Below are positions 1 through 11,666 of a stretch of 64,000 bases of DNA, one piece after another; positions within the stretch are counted from its first letter, which is position 1, and the number at the start of each line of letters is the position of its first letter. The notes under the pieces were generated by a model that was given only the letters and a program-made list of their open reading frames with translations, was not told the DNA's origin and did no database searches. The stretch spans positions 10,726,001 through 10,790,000 of the forward strand of contig OZ024755.1 of the NCBI GenBank assembly GCA_964016885.1, written 5' to 3'. Made by a program: the position numbers and the translations under genes. Source of the stretch: Eledone cirrhosa (Eukaryota).

Positions 1-462
1 ATGTATATAATCAAGGTCAAATTTGCCTATCATCCGGCCGTATATTTATGTGGTGTCCCTAAATTTCCCTCAGCAGTTATGGGATCATACATACATAGGT
101 ACATAAACCATGCTTTAAACTTTATTTGAAACCTTAATCTAATTATGTATTGTATTAAATATCTGGCGAATTGTTTTTTTTTATTTCTTCTTTCCAAATA
201 TATCTAATACTCCTCGAAAAAAGAGTTGCATTCTATTATATATATTTCGGAATTTATGTTTATATGTGTGTGATCTTCCTCGGACTTTAAGAGATTATTC
301 CCACTTCTCATTACATTCTAATCATGTCCCCCCTCTTTCTTTTCTATATAGCTATTGCCACTCCATGCCCCTTCCACTGTTTTATATTACTTGTCGTTCC
401 TTTCTCTGTCGTTTAAAGATGTGCAAGTCTTATTTCTTACGGAAGCAATTCGGTTCTTTGGG

Positions 463-779
463 ACCGCAACCTGGTACAGTCTGCGACTGACCCACGTTCT
501 GCTGCACGTCGGGCTGGGGGGGCCAAACTCCTCAAATACCGGTCGCTCTACGACAGGTTTGCGGTCGTACCCCTGGCAGTGGAGACTTCTGGTGTCCTCG
601 GCCCCAGCGTTACCTCCTTACTCACCACCATAGGCGCTGAGCTGGCCAGCCGCAGGTGTGAGCCCCGCGAGTTCGAGTGGCTTTTCCAGCGCGTCTCCCT
701 TGCCGTCCTCCGGGGAAACGCCTTCTCCATTCTGTCCGCCGGTGCTGTGGGTGGGCCCCATCGCGTACCAATACATTAG
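463..779 (+). mobile_element. 3' fragment of a CRE-clade/RLE-type non-LTR retrotransposon (restriction-like endonuclease C-terminus)
   Basis: GC-rich island whose frame reads RNLVQSATDPRSAARRAGGAKLLKYRSLYDRFAVVPLAVETSGVLGP...WLFQRVSLAVLRGNAFSIL. This matches the K..KY..L...F.P.A.ET.G and QR.S.A..RGNA motifs of CRE-like ORF ends. 5'-truncated. Confidence 0.8.
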
Positions 780-1026
780 TTAAATACCATTCTTTCATCT
801 GTTATTATAATTGTAATGTTAATTCTTTGCTCATTTACTTAGATGAAGTTATATTCTTCGGTCATGTAAGTACATTTTTTTCTAACATCAATAAACTTAA
901 GAACATGTTCAGTGTCCTTTTCTATGCATTCCTTTAAAACTGATATAATAATCAGCATTAAATATTTTATGTTAAAGAATATATTGTAGAAGGCCTTGAG
1001 TTCCACTTTATATATGAGACGTAAGA

Positions 1027-1076
1027 AAAGACAATGTTGGACGTATTCCTAAAGACAATGTTAGACGTATTCCTAA
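1027..1076. repeat. 24-bp tandem duplication
   Basis: aaagacaatgtt(g/a)gacgtattcct twice in tandem. Confidence 0.85.
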
Positions 1077-2939
1077 TCATGTATTTTATGTAATGTGCTG
1101 GGAAATTACAAATTCGAAAATCTCTAAATATAAGAATCTTGGATAGTAACGATTGAACGCTATATATAATAGCTGAGAAATTCGAGTAACTTATCTGTAG
1201 AGACGGAGAGAATCGGCCAGAGGTGTCTCATTGACGACCCTGACTGTTAAATGACCACGACACGTCAAGACAACGCCTCTGGGGCACCATCTGGAGATAA
1301 GGACTCGCGGATTCTTTCCTAATAATCATGGTATGGTGAGGAATAAATTACGTAAATCCTGCCACAAGACTGTTAACACATTCAGCTGCATTTAAAGACA
1401 AGCTAACTAGATAATCAGAAAGGATTTATCAACATACGTAGCTGCTTATCTGTTTGAACTGAAATTAAGTGCCTCGATTAATATGGAGCGCAAGCCAATA
1501 ATATTCTTTTTTAATTATGTTGCTTCTTTTTCGGCCTTCATTTTTACTTTCTTTTCATTGCTTTTATTCACTATTTTATTTATCTTTCAATATTTTATTT
1601 TGTTTCTATTGCTTCGTGTTATATGAATTATCTTTTTTCTAAGTGTTTTACTGCTGTTGATTTTTACTAACCAATTTTTTCCCTCCTTATTTCATCGTTC
1701 ATGTTGGTCGATTTCATTTATAAATTGTTCATTTTGTATTCAATGGTCTCTGAGAATCACAAAAGGCCACATTAATTGTATAACCACAACTGGCCATAAA
1801 TACTGCTATAAAAGAATGACTGAATTGGGAAGACGATTAGTATTTCTCTCTCTTTTATACCTTAATCTTTCGATCCACTCGAATAAAAAAAAAACCCGGG
1901 TTGTTGGTGGCATTACAGTTTAATGAGTACGTAGCAGTGTATGAAGAATGGAATAGAATGAGTAATCCTTTTCAATTGTTATTTATATTGTTATAATCAC
2001 ATCAAGGCGCTGTTGTGAGCTCTTGGCAGCGACAAGAGCTCAGCCGTCAGTCTCCGACTCTCTACTATACAGTCAACTGTCCCAAGTATCAAGTGCTGCT
2101 GAATAAGGATCTTAATAGTTTAAACTAGTAAATCCGTGACACGTGCACACGCATACATATATATGAGATAGATATCTATTTTTCTATGTTTGCATCTGGA
2201 GCGTAACTTATTTAATGGAGACATCATAATGTTTATTTAATTATGATCAGACAGTTGATGAAGCAAAAGAAACATTAGATTTCATGGTTTATCTTAATCT
2301 ATAAAGAACAAAACCCACACAGAACTAGATTCGTCTACCTAATTTGCATATCAATGCAAGCGTTCGCGCTGTGGATTAGTTAATTTCCAGAAACACCACA
2401 CCGCCGTAGAAGTAGAAATTTAACATAAATTTAATTACTGGATGAGTTCCTGCATATCATAAAGTGATGTAAACTATTAATCTCTGAAGAAGTGGTGTTA
2501 ATAAATGGGCTTACCGTAAATTATATATATATATATATTTATTTATTTGATCGTGTGTGTGTGTGTGTGTGCATGAGTGTGTATTCAGGAAAAGTGAAAG
2601 CAGACAAATCGATGGTTAGACATGCATGTGATCGACAAGAGTGAGAGCAGGGAAGGGAGGTATGCTAGATGGTTGGTGTGTGCGTGTGGATCGGTAGGCA
2701 TGTAGGATCGTAAATAGAGAGGAGGTAACTACATTTGGACACACACACACACATACACACACGTACGTACGTACGTGTGTGTGTATATATGATGAAATAC
2801 ACCCACATATTCGTGTATGTGTGGTTTCCGCTTTAGCATGTTTTGCTCGGTGACCGAAAGAGCTAAAATAATTAAAATAACTCAATCAGAGCAATTGATC
2901 AAATTATTTCCTCATACTTTGTAATTATAGATATATATA

Positions 2940-3827
2940 TAAAACAGCATCAATGACAACACCAGCAGTTCTACCAACGACAGCAAGAATGACGAAACTG
3001 CAAGCAGTATGAACTACAATTCGAACATCAGCGACAAAAGTTATGCCATTAACAATAACGGCAAAGACATCACCAGGAGGAACAAGACCATCAACAACGA
3101 GAACGTAAACATCGATAGCACAAGCAACAAGAACGACACCAACAACAAATGATACCGACTAGAAAATGATACTACCAACAATAACGACAGCAGCAACAAT
3201 GTCAGTGATGACAATTCTAAAAAGAAATCCGTAGTAAAATCTGAAAAGGTAATTAATTTTAAGCAGATATGCAAAAATAGAAACTAAACAAAATATATTT
3301 TTAAAAAAACAACAAAATAATATCGACCCGGTATAACAAAATAAAAAAATAGTAAGTAGATCAATGGATACCTCTTGTATATTGATAATAAAGATATATT
3401 ATGCAACAAAGTACATCATCGATATACAACAATAAAAGTAACAACGACTACGGCGACATCAAAGATGGCGGCAAGGACAATAACGAAATATATGTAACAG
3501 TAACAACAATAAAACAACAGTAAACAAAACAGCATACAACTACAACAGTAGCAATAGTGATAACAACACCAAAAACAAGAACAGCTACAGTAACAAAAAC
3601 AGCAATAACCATAACAGCTAAAATGACAGTAATATCAGCAAAAATAACAACGGACTCGATGGCGATGTCGGCAGTCGTTATAAGACAATAACATCTGCAA
3701 CATTAACAACAATATCAAGTCAACAACGACGACGGCGAGTAATGTAAATAACTACAAGACAATGTCAATATATATACAGTAACAACCAATATCATCTGTA
3801 TCAACAATAACATCACGACTGTAACAA

Positions 3828-3898
<71 letters not shown>

Positions 3899-4680
3899 AC
3901 AGTAACAAAAACCAATAACAACGAATACTACTAAAACATTTAAGATGGCGACAATATTAAAGTATATGTAACAATAACAGCAACAACAGAAACGCCAACA
4001 GTAAAAACGACTAGGACGAGTCCGATGGTGGCAATGGCAACAAGACATTATGAATATATGAAACAGTAACAAAGTCAATCACCACCACCACGACAATAAT
4101 TGTACTGAGAATCAGATCAACAATTGTGACAGTAAACGCCAATAAAATCCTGATCGATAATATAAAAGATGCATACTTAGGTATCAATAAAAATATAAGT
4201 AAACATCAGTAAGAAACAAAAACAAAATGTGCTTACAATAATCACACCATCAACAATATAATACAAACAACAACACCAACAACTACAACAAAAAATTACA
4301 AATAAAAACGACAAAAACAAAGAAAGGCATCAATAATAATAGTTGTTTCTACTTTTGGCACAAGGCCAGCAATTACCCAGTACTTTACTGGTACTTTGTT
4401 ATCGACACCGTTGGGATGAAAGGCTAAGTTAACAATAATAATAATAATGATAGTAATACATAAGAAATCAACATCAACGGCTACACCGAAAGACAGCGGT
4501 ATAACAACAAACACAAACAATAACAAATGATGGTGACCAACACCACGACGACCACAACCAGTATCACCAACACCACCAACACCACCACAATAACAAAACA
4601 TCTGATTCGATGTGAAAGTTGATAAACATGAGAATGAAAACGATAAAGGCCGCAAAAGGAACAATAATAATCTGCAACAT
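2940..4680. repeat. Degenerate (CAA/AAC)-rich low-complexity tract
   Basis: Decayed AAC/CAA/CAG triplets with stops in all frames; includes (TA)n at 3842-3883. Confidence 0.8.
4335..4432 (-). mobile_element. SINE family A, 3' partial copy
   Basis: Reverse complement of the family body (gcctttcatcc...gtcgataa...gtaccag...attgctggccttgtgcc...agaaac). Confidence 0.8.
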
Positions 4681-4682
4681 TT

Positions 4683-4715
<33 letters not shown>

Positions 4716-4793
4716 CATTTGCAACAAAAGTGTCAAATTCGTAAACCTCGCGACCGACAAGAAATACAGTAGCATTATCAACTAGTCGTAATA

Positions 4794-5379
4794 GTGTCGA
4801 ACTTATTTTTGGAGTCTGGGGGAAAGGTCAAAGTAGATAACATTATCTACCTTTGCAGCAATGTCGCATCTTCAGAAAGTGATGTCAACATCTGCATTAC
4901 AAAATTTTGCTCTGTCCTGAACAGTTTGACTTCCATACGGAAGTCCTCACCGTCTGATAAAACAAAGGGAGACCACTTCCAAGCAGTTATAGCCTCAAGT
5001 TTGCTGTCTGGGAGCTCCACATGAATATTGACTTGAGAAAAAGCTAGATTGATATAACATGCAAATGCTGCGTTTTGTGTTTTAAATATGTATATATTGA
5101 TGACAATACCCGACAAAATAAGTTTCCCAAATCATCCGATTAAGAAGTTTGTGTTTTGCTGGACACTGTTGGAGAAGCAAGGATAAATATTTCAGCGATG
5201 TACTGATGTGCAACCACATCCAGGGACGAACCAAAGCCAGTTGGCCATGTAAGGACTACATCAACCAGCTTGGTCATGATACAAATTGCACTGTAGATCT
5301 TCAAGAGCAATGTAGGCTCGAGGGGCAAGTCAGGACAGCGCGATTGAATGATGTACCAGCACTGCGGGAGATAGAATAA
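4794..5379 (+). mobile_element. Degenerate RTE/RTE-X LINE, C-terminal RT region (pseudogenised)
   Basis: Broken frames give ..IYLCSNVASSESDVNICITK..SVLNSLTSIRKS..FQAVIASSLLSGSST*ILT and FAGHCWRSK..SDVL..GR....P.KDYINQLGHDT, typical of RTE-clade ORF ends; stops and frameshifts present. Confidence 0.8.
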
Positions 5380-5751
5380 TCAAACAAACTAAGAAAGTTG
5401 CGTTTTAATATATTAATGGTGTGTGATATAAGAAACCAATATAGTAATGGTGTGTTAGAGAAACCCTATAGTTTGAGTTGATTGCTGACATGTGGAAGTA
5501 ATTAAATATAAGAATGTTATATTAATTAATTTCTAGGGTATTATTACATGAATTGTCATTATACACGTATTAAATAACATACAGGATTTAATACGAGTTA
5601 CTTTGTAAAGAAAATATATTTACAGAGAGAAATGGTGAGTTAGAACCCAGTTCCTTGTGATTGGATAGTGAACTTCATATTGTAGTATATCTGAGATATA
5701 ATATGGAGTGTATATTTGAACATAAATTTACGTTCAAACACACACATGTAT

Positions 5752-5821
<70 letters not shown>

Positions 5822-6959
5822 CCAAAATTAAAGATGCCATATCTGAGAATAACGACTGTAATTGTTTGTTTATTTAATATATATGTCATTCGACTTTTAT
5901 TATACATACATACATGCATACATACATACATATCCGCACACACGGTGTATTATTAAAGTTGATATCTATATAGACTGTATTAACACGGACGGTAATTAGC
6001 GACGGTATTGTTTCATTTGCAAAAAGAGCGAAAGATGAAACAATAACTACAGATAACAGTAACATCGTCATCATCAGCAACATCCTTATCATCGTCATCG
6101 TTGTTGTTGTCGTCGTCGTCGTCATCAACATCCTTATCATCGTCATCATCATCAACATCAATAACAAAAGTAGCAATAACTACAACAATGAATGTTTTAT
6201 TTGCAACAAGAGCAACAGATAGGACAATAACAGTAATAACATCCTCATCATTGTTATCAGTAACAACTCCAGCAGTATCAACAAACTATTAACAGTAAGA
6301 AAAACATCATCATCATCATCATCATCAACCTCATCATCATTTTCACCACCGTCATCATCGATATAAAACTAATAACTGCATCAACATCGCCATCGTCATA
6401 GACAAACGATATTAACAGGAACAACGACAAAAGTAAACACCCTCGGAAGAGATCTCTAGTTTAAAGACAGCTTCCTCTTTCCTTGTTAATGATTATTCGG
6501 GATCCTTCCACCTTCCTTGCTAATCATTATTGGACACTTCCGTCATCCTTCCCAACCAGGGTTAAGGAGAGCTTCTGCCTTCCTTGCCAATCAGTCTTGG
6601 GAATTCCTGAAGGGGGCCAGAGAATGGAACTTTTCTTCCTGAATAAATGGTAAATAAAACGAAAGGAAACATTGTCATAAATATTTACAATAAACAAAAC
6701 TAATTTCAACAATAAGAGCTACAACAACAATTAGAACACCAACAACAGCTAAACAGCTGCATCAAAAACAAAAGCAAGAACATAAATAACAATAAAAGAA
6801 CAAACACATCATGAACAACAAAAATAGCTACAAAATCTAAAACGGCAGCAAAAGAGCTCCTACCACAATAGTAACATCATTAATATCTACGGCATTCGTC
6901 TTGCTAAAAGTAGCGGACAAGTATCCCTTATATTTACAAGTGAAGGTGCATTTATGTAG

Positions 6960-7590
6960 TTACATAACCTGCTAGAAATAACAGCCAAATCTCCATCTGA
7001 TTATATCAAAGCGTTGTATACAAGGAAAAAACGAAAATTAGAAAATATACATGCAAGCCTTAAAGGAAAATCATACAATAATGTAATCCTAGATATGATC
7101 GAATATATTTCTTTAAAGTGGTGCCTCAGTATGGGTACAGTTTAGAGACTGAGAAAAGTAAAATAATCTCTCTCTCTCTCTCTTTTTCTCTAGAGAGAGA
7201 TTGTCCCTGCGTGTCGTAATAGGCAGTAACAATGGTTGGCGCCAGAAAGGACATTCTGTTGTAAAACTGCATAAACGATCCTATTTCACGGGGCTCGTGA
7301 GGCTAATCCCGTTTTGTTGGGTGTACATGCGTGGGTGTATTTATCAGGCTTGCCCAAGAGCTCAACAACTAGAATTTCAGTAGTAACAATAACAAGGTGC
7401 CGCATAATTGCATTTACGTAATCCTGCAATCGACTAGATATATAGCAGCCAAATCTCCATCTAATCACACTAGATTTCGTTGAAAATAATTCTGCATACC
7501 CACGTAAAATAGAGTGGGTGTTACTGCTGGAATGTCGCTGTCTTGACATGGGCCCTTCTCGATCAAAACTGACTTGTGTCTAAACAACAA
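6960..7590 (+). mobile_element. Cluster of old SINE-like fragments
   Basis: Motif ctaga(a/t)ata(a/g)cagccaaatctccatct occurs at ~6972 and ~7434. The gtggtgcc.cag.....acagt...gactga tail at ~7118 recurs at ~8506. Confidence 0.4.
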
Positions 7591-7974
7591 TTAAAATATA
7601 GTATCCTCAATAGCAGTAATTACTACTGAAGTTACTGTAGTAAATATAGCATCATCATCATAATCGTCGTTCTGATAACGATTATCATCTTTACCATAAT
7701 TATTATCATCATCATTATCAGCTTTATCATCAGCTTCAATAGTCATTTTCCCCCTTACTACCATCACTATCATCATCGTTAATATCATCACCACCGACAT
7801 CAACAATAACATCACCAACATTATCAAAATCTGCAACCCGACCGCATTATCATGTGATAGCGAAGGCAGTGAGTGGAAAAATTTGGTAAAAAAATGTAAA
7901 GAAATAGATTAAATAAATAAAACGAAAATGTAAATAAAATAGATGAAAAGTATATAAACATATATGCACACACA

Positions 7975-8071
<97 letters not shown>

Positions 8072-8739
8072 TTTATATATGTATGTAAAAGGTAAACAAA
8101 TGACAAAATAACAAAACAAACGGCACAGTATATGGAAGGAATATATTAGTTTAACGCTTGAAATAATATATATATATATATATATATATAATTGTGTGAA
8201 AATAAAACCATTCTCCTATTCATCATTATAATTATCGCTCTAATAATAATAATATTAATAATAATAATAATCACCATTGTGTGTATCATAATCTTCCCCA
8301 CCGTCAGCAACATCATGATATCCTTATCAACATCTTCAATATCATCACCACAAACATCACCATCTCCACAAACACTACTACCGCCAACATTATCTACACC
8401 ATCAACCGTATCAACACATAAGTACAAAAATAAACAAAACAAGATAAATTAAAAGTAAAACAAACAAACAAAAAATAGAATAAAACTAAAATTAAGGGAA
8501 TGTAGGTGGTGCCCCAGCCTGGCCACAGTGTAATGACTGAAAGTATAAAATATATAAGTTAAAGACAGTAAAATATATAAAACATATGAGAGGTAGGTAA
8601 ATATAAAACTCTAAACATGATGGAATATATGTGAAAATCCAACAGATATTTTCATCTGTGCCAACATTTGTGTTGTTGAAATAACGCAGCTGGCGGAAGT
8701 TGTATCTCCAACAGCAACGGACACATACCGACAACAACA

Positions 8740-9535
8740 ATAACAGCAGCAACATCACATATCTCATTAAGTTACTCAGCAGCAGCAACGGACATATACC
8801 AGCAGCAACATCACATATATCATTAAGTTACTCAGCAACAGCAACGGACATATACCAGCAACAACAGCAGCAATAACATTGCAACAATAACAAATATATC
8901 ATTAAGTTTATCAGCAGCAATAACAGCACAACAGGAGCAACAAATATATATATCAAATTACTCAACAGCAGCAATAGACACACACTAGCGACCACAGCAG
9001 CACTAACAGCTCACCAGGAACAATGAATATCATTAATTTTGCCATCAGCAGCAACATACATACACCAACAGCAATAACATTGCAACAACAGCAGCAACTA
9101 TATCAAGTTTGTTAGCAGCAGCAATAAGAGCACACCGGGAACAACTGTATCATTAAGTTACTCAGCAGCACCAATAGACACACAACACAACAGCAGCAAT
9201 AGCATTATAACAACAACTATATCATTAAGTTACTCAGCAGCAGCAATAGATACACACTAGCAACAACAACTATATCATTAAGTTACACAGCAGCAATGGG
9301 CATACAACAGCAACAGCAATAACAACAATATCAACTATATTAATTGTTTGTCATCAACAGCAGCAGCAAATATATCAAGTTCGCCAGCAACAGACACACT
9401 CCAGCAACAGCAGCAGCAATAACAACACTACTACTACATCAGTAATGTACCATCAGCAGCAACATTCACAACTCTGGTGGCAACAGCAGCAGTGACAGCA
9501 CAACAACATCAATAAGTTAATCAGCAGCAGCCCGG
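8740..9535. repeat. Minisatellite: ~12 copies of atatcattaagttactcagcagcagcaa separated by variable CAG/CAA-rich linkers
   Basis: Core motif seen near 8760, 8817, 8896, 8950, 9027, 9100, 9147, 9219, 9272, 9337, 9372 and 9507. Confidence 0.85.
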
Positions 9536-10329
9536 CACACCTACACAGCAACTATTGTAACAGCATCACCGACAGCAGTAATAACAGCAACTACTACTAC
9601 TATTACTACAACTGTTACCACAATTACTACTACTATTATTACAACTATTACTACAACTATTAGTACACAACCACTACTACAACTATTACTACTCCTACAA
9701 CTATTACTACTATTATTACTATTACTACTCTTACACAACTATTACTACAACTATTACTACTATTACAGCAGTAAGATAACCAGCAACAACAAACTTTACA
9801 GCAGTAAGCTAAACAACAGCGCAAAAACAACAGTAGCATAAGCAACAGCAACATCAACTATAACAGAAATTTAAACAGCAGTAATTGTATTATATGCAGC
9901 AGCAACACCAACAACAGCAGTAAAAGTAACAGCAGCAAGAACAACAACGGCAGCAATAAGATAAACAAAGATAACAGCAGCAACATCAAGACAAATATTA
10001 TATAAAAAGCAAAAGTAAAGAATCGCATCTGCTGGCGAAACAGCAGCAGCAAATACTAAGAGAAGAAACAACAGCGGCAAGTGTTGCAGCAAGAGTGCAG
10101 AAACAGTAGCAGCAGCAACATTGACTGCAGCAGAAACGTGCATGAACAACAGCAGCAGTAGCAGAAGCTGTAGTAAGAATGCGCGAAGAGAAGCAACTAA
10201 CTACAACCTCAGCAACAACAGTGAGAACGCAAAAGCCAGTACAGTACGAGTAAAAAAAAAGTTGCAACAGAAACAAGAGCAACAGTAGCAGCAGCAGTAA
10301 GAACAGCAGCAACGCCAGCAGCAGCAGGA

Positions 10330-10580
10330 ACGCTGTGTGCCGGTCATATCAGCATGCTAGGCGCTGCCATAGGAACAGCATCTCAACTAGATTCAGTGTT
10401 GTTTTTATTCAGTTCGGGTCAGCTATCAACTTTTACGCTGCTAAAAATCCGTCGATGCCTGGCAGGCAGGTAGGCAGATTCTGCGCCGACTACAAGATTC
10501 ATCATTATATTCCGTCGCCACTAATACCCCCCGGGGGTGGGGCCGGGTTTGATCAGGACATTATAGCCAGCAACAGTTGT
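10330..10580 (+). promoter_or_regulatory. Candidate promoter/TSS region of the KCNQ gene
   Basis: Only non-repetitive, CpG-containing island upstream of the exon, located at a strand-composition switch. Contains Inr-like TCAGTT (10409), GC-box-like GGGGGTGGGGCCGGG (~10533) and X-box-like GCTGCCATAGGAAC (10363). Inference only. Confidence 0.35.
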
Positions 10581-11666
10581 TTATCATTATTGTCATAACT
10601 GTTGTTTGTTTTGTTTGTTTGTTTGTTTGTTGGTGGAGGAGGTGGTGTTGTTGGGTCGATGCTATCTTAGTTGTAGTAAGTACTCGCAGTTTGTAGTAGT
10701 TTTTAGTTTTAATGTTGAAGTGCGAAGAGGGTGGTGTGTTTGTTAGTAGATTCAGCGTAATGTTTGGTTGGGGCGGGTACATAAGGAATCGGTTGTCATA
10801 GAGGCGTCTTTCACAGAAGCCACAGTGGTGGAGGGGTCTCAGAAGACGGGTAGGGGGAGGAGGAAGGGGAGGGATCTGTTAGTAGAGAGGAGGGGGAATT
10901 GAGGATAAGCAAAAAAGCTCGGAGAACTATATTAGTGCAAAAAAACAAAAACGAATTGGATTTTGAGTGTAAACAACAGACAGTTGGAGTGGATAAGAGC
11001 TGGAATAGAGTGGTGTGTCCAGTTGAGTGACACTCTGTCATAGTGACGACGTTTGTTACGGTGACAGTGGGGACCGAAGGAGGAGGCGGGAGAGGAGAAG
11101 AAAGAGAGTTGGAGGAGGAGGAGGAAGAGGAGCCTTTACACGACAAAAGAGAGGAGGAAGAAGGAAAAGAAGGAAGAGAAGTAGTGGTGTTAGTGGTGGT
11201 GGTGGCGACAGCCACATCTGAAGTGGCGGAGTTGGTGGAAGTGGAGGAGGTGGAGTTGGAGACGACCTTTATTAATACTACTACTGCTCCTACTACAACT
11301 ATTACAAGTACTACTATTGGAACTACTACTACCACTTCAGGGAATACTACTACTACTACTACTATTACCTTTATAGGTGGCGGTGGTGGTGATGATATTG
11401 ACCAGAGTGGAGGAGACTATGGTGTCGTTACACGTGGTATAGGTGTTGGTATAGGTGGTGTAGGTGTTGCTGGTGGCAGAGGTGCTGTTATTGTCAGTGA
11501 TGTTGGTGGTGGAGATGGTGATGGAGGTGTTGGTGTTGGCGGTGAAGGGCGAAATGCAGATGTTCCAGAAGCCGGTTTGACCGGTGAAGGTGTTGGCGGT
11601 AATGGCAGTGGTGATGAGAGTGATGTTGGTGTTGGTGGAGGAGGAGGTGGCGGTGGTGGACTGCTG

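Noticed and set aside
8740-9535. CRISPR-like repeat/spacer appearance
   Set aside because: Eukaryotic context, no cas genes, degenerate repeats, and spacers are related low-complexity sequence of unequal length
10456-10476. Upstream micro-exon ATG CCT GGC AGG CAG|GTAGGC joining the acceptor at 11043
   Set aside because: The donor is phase 0 but the acceptor would need phase 1 to enter the KCNQ frame; no other support
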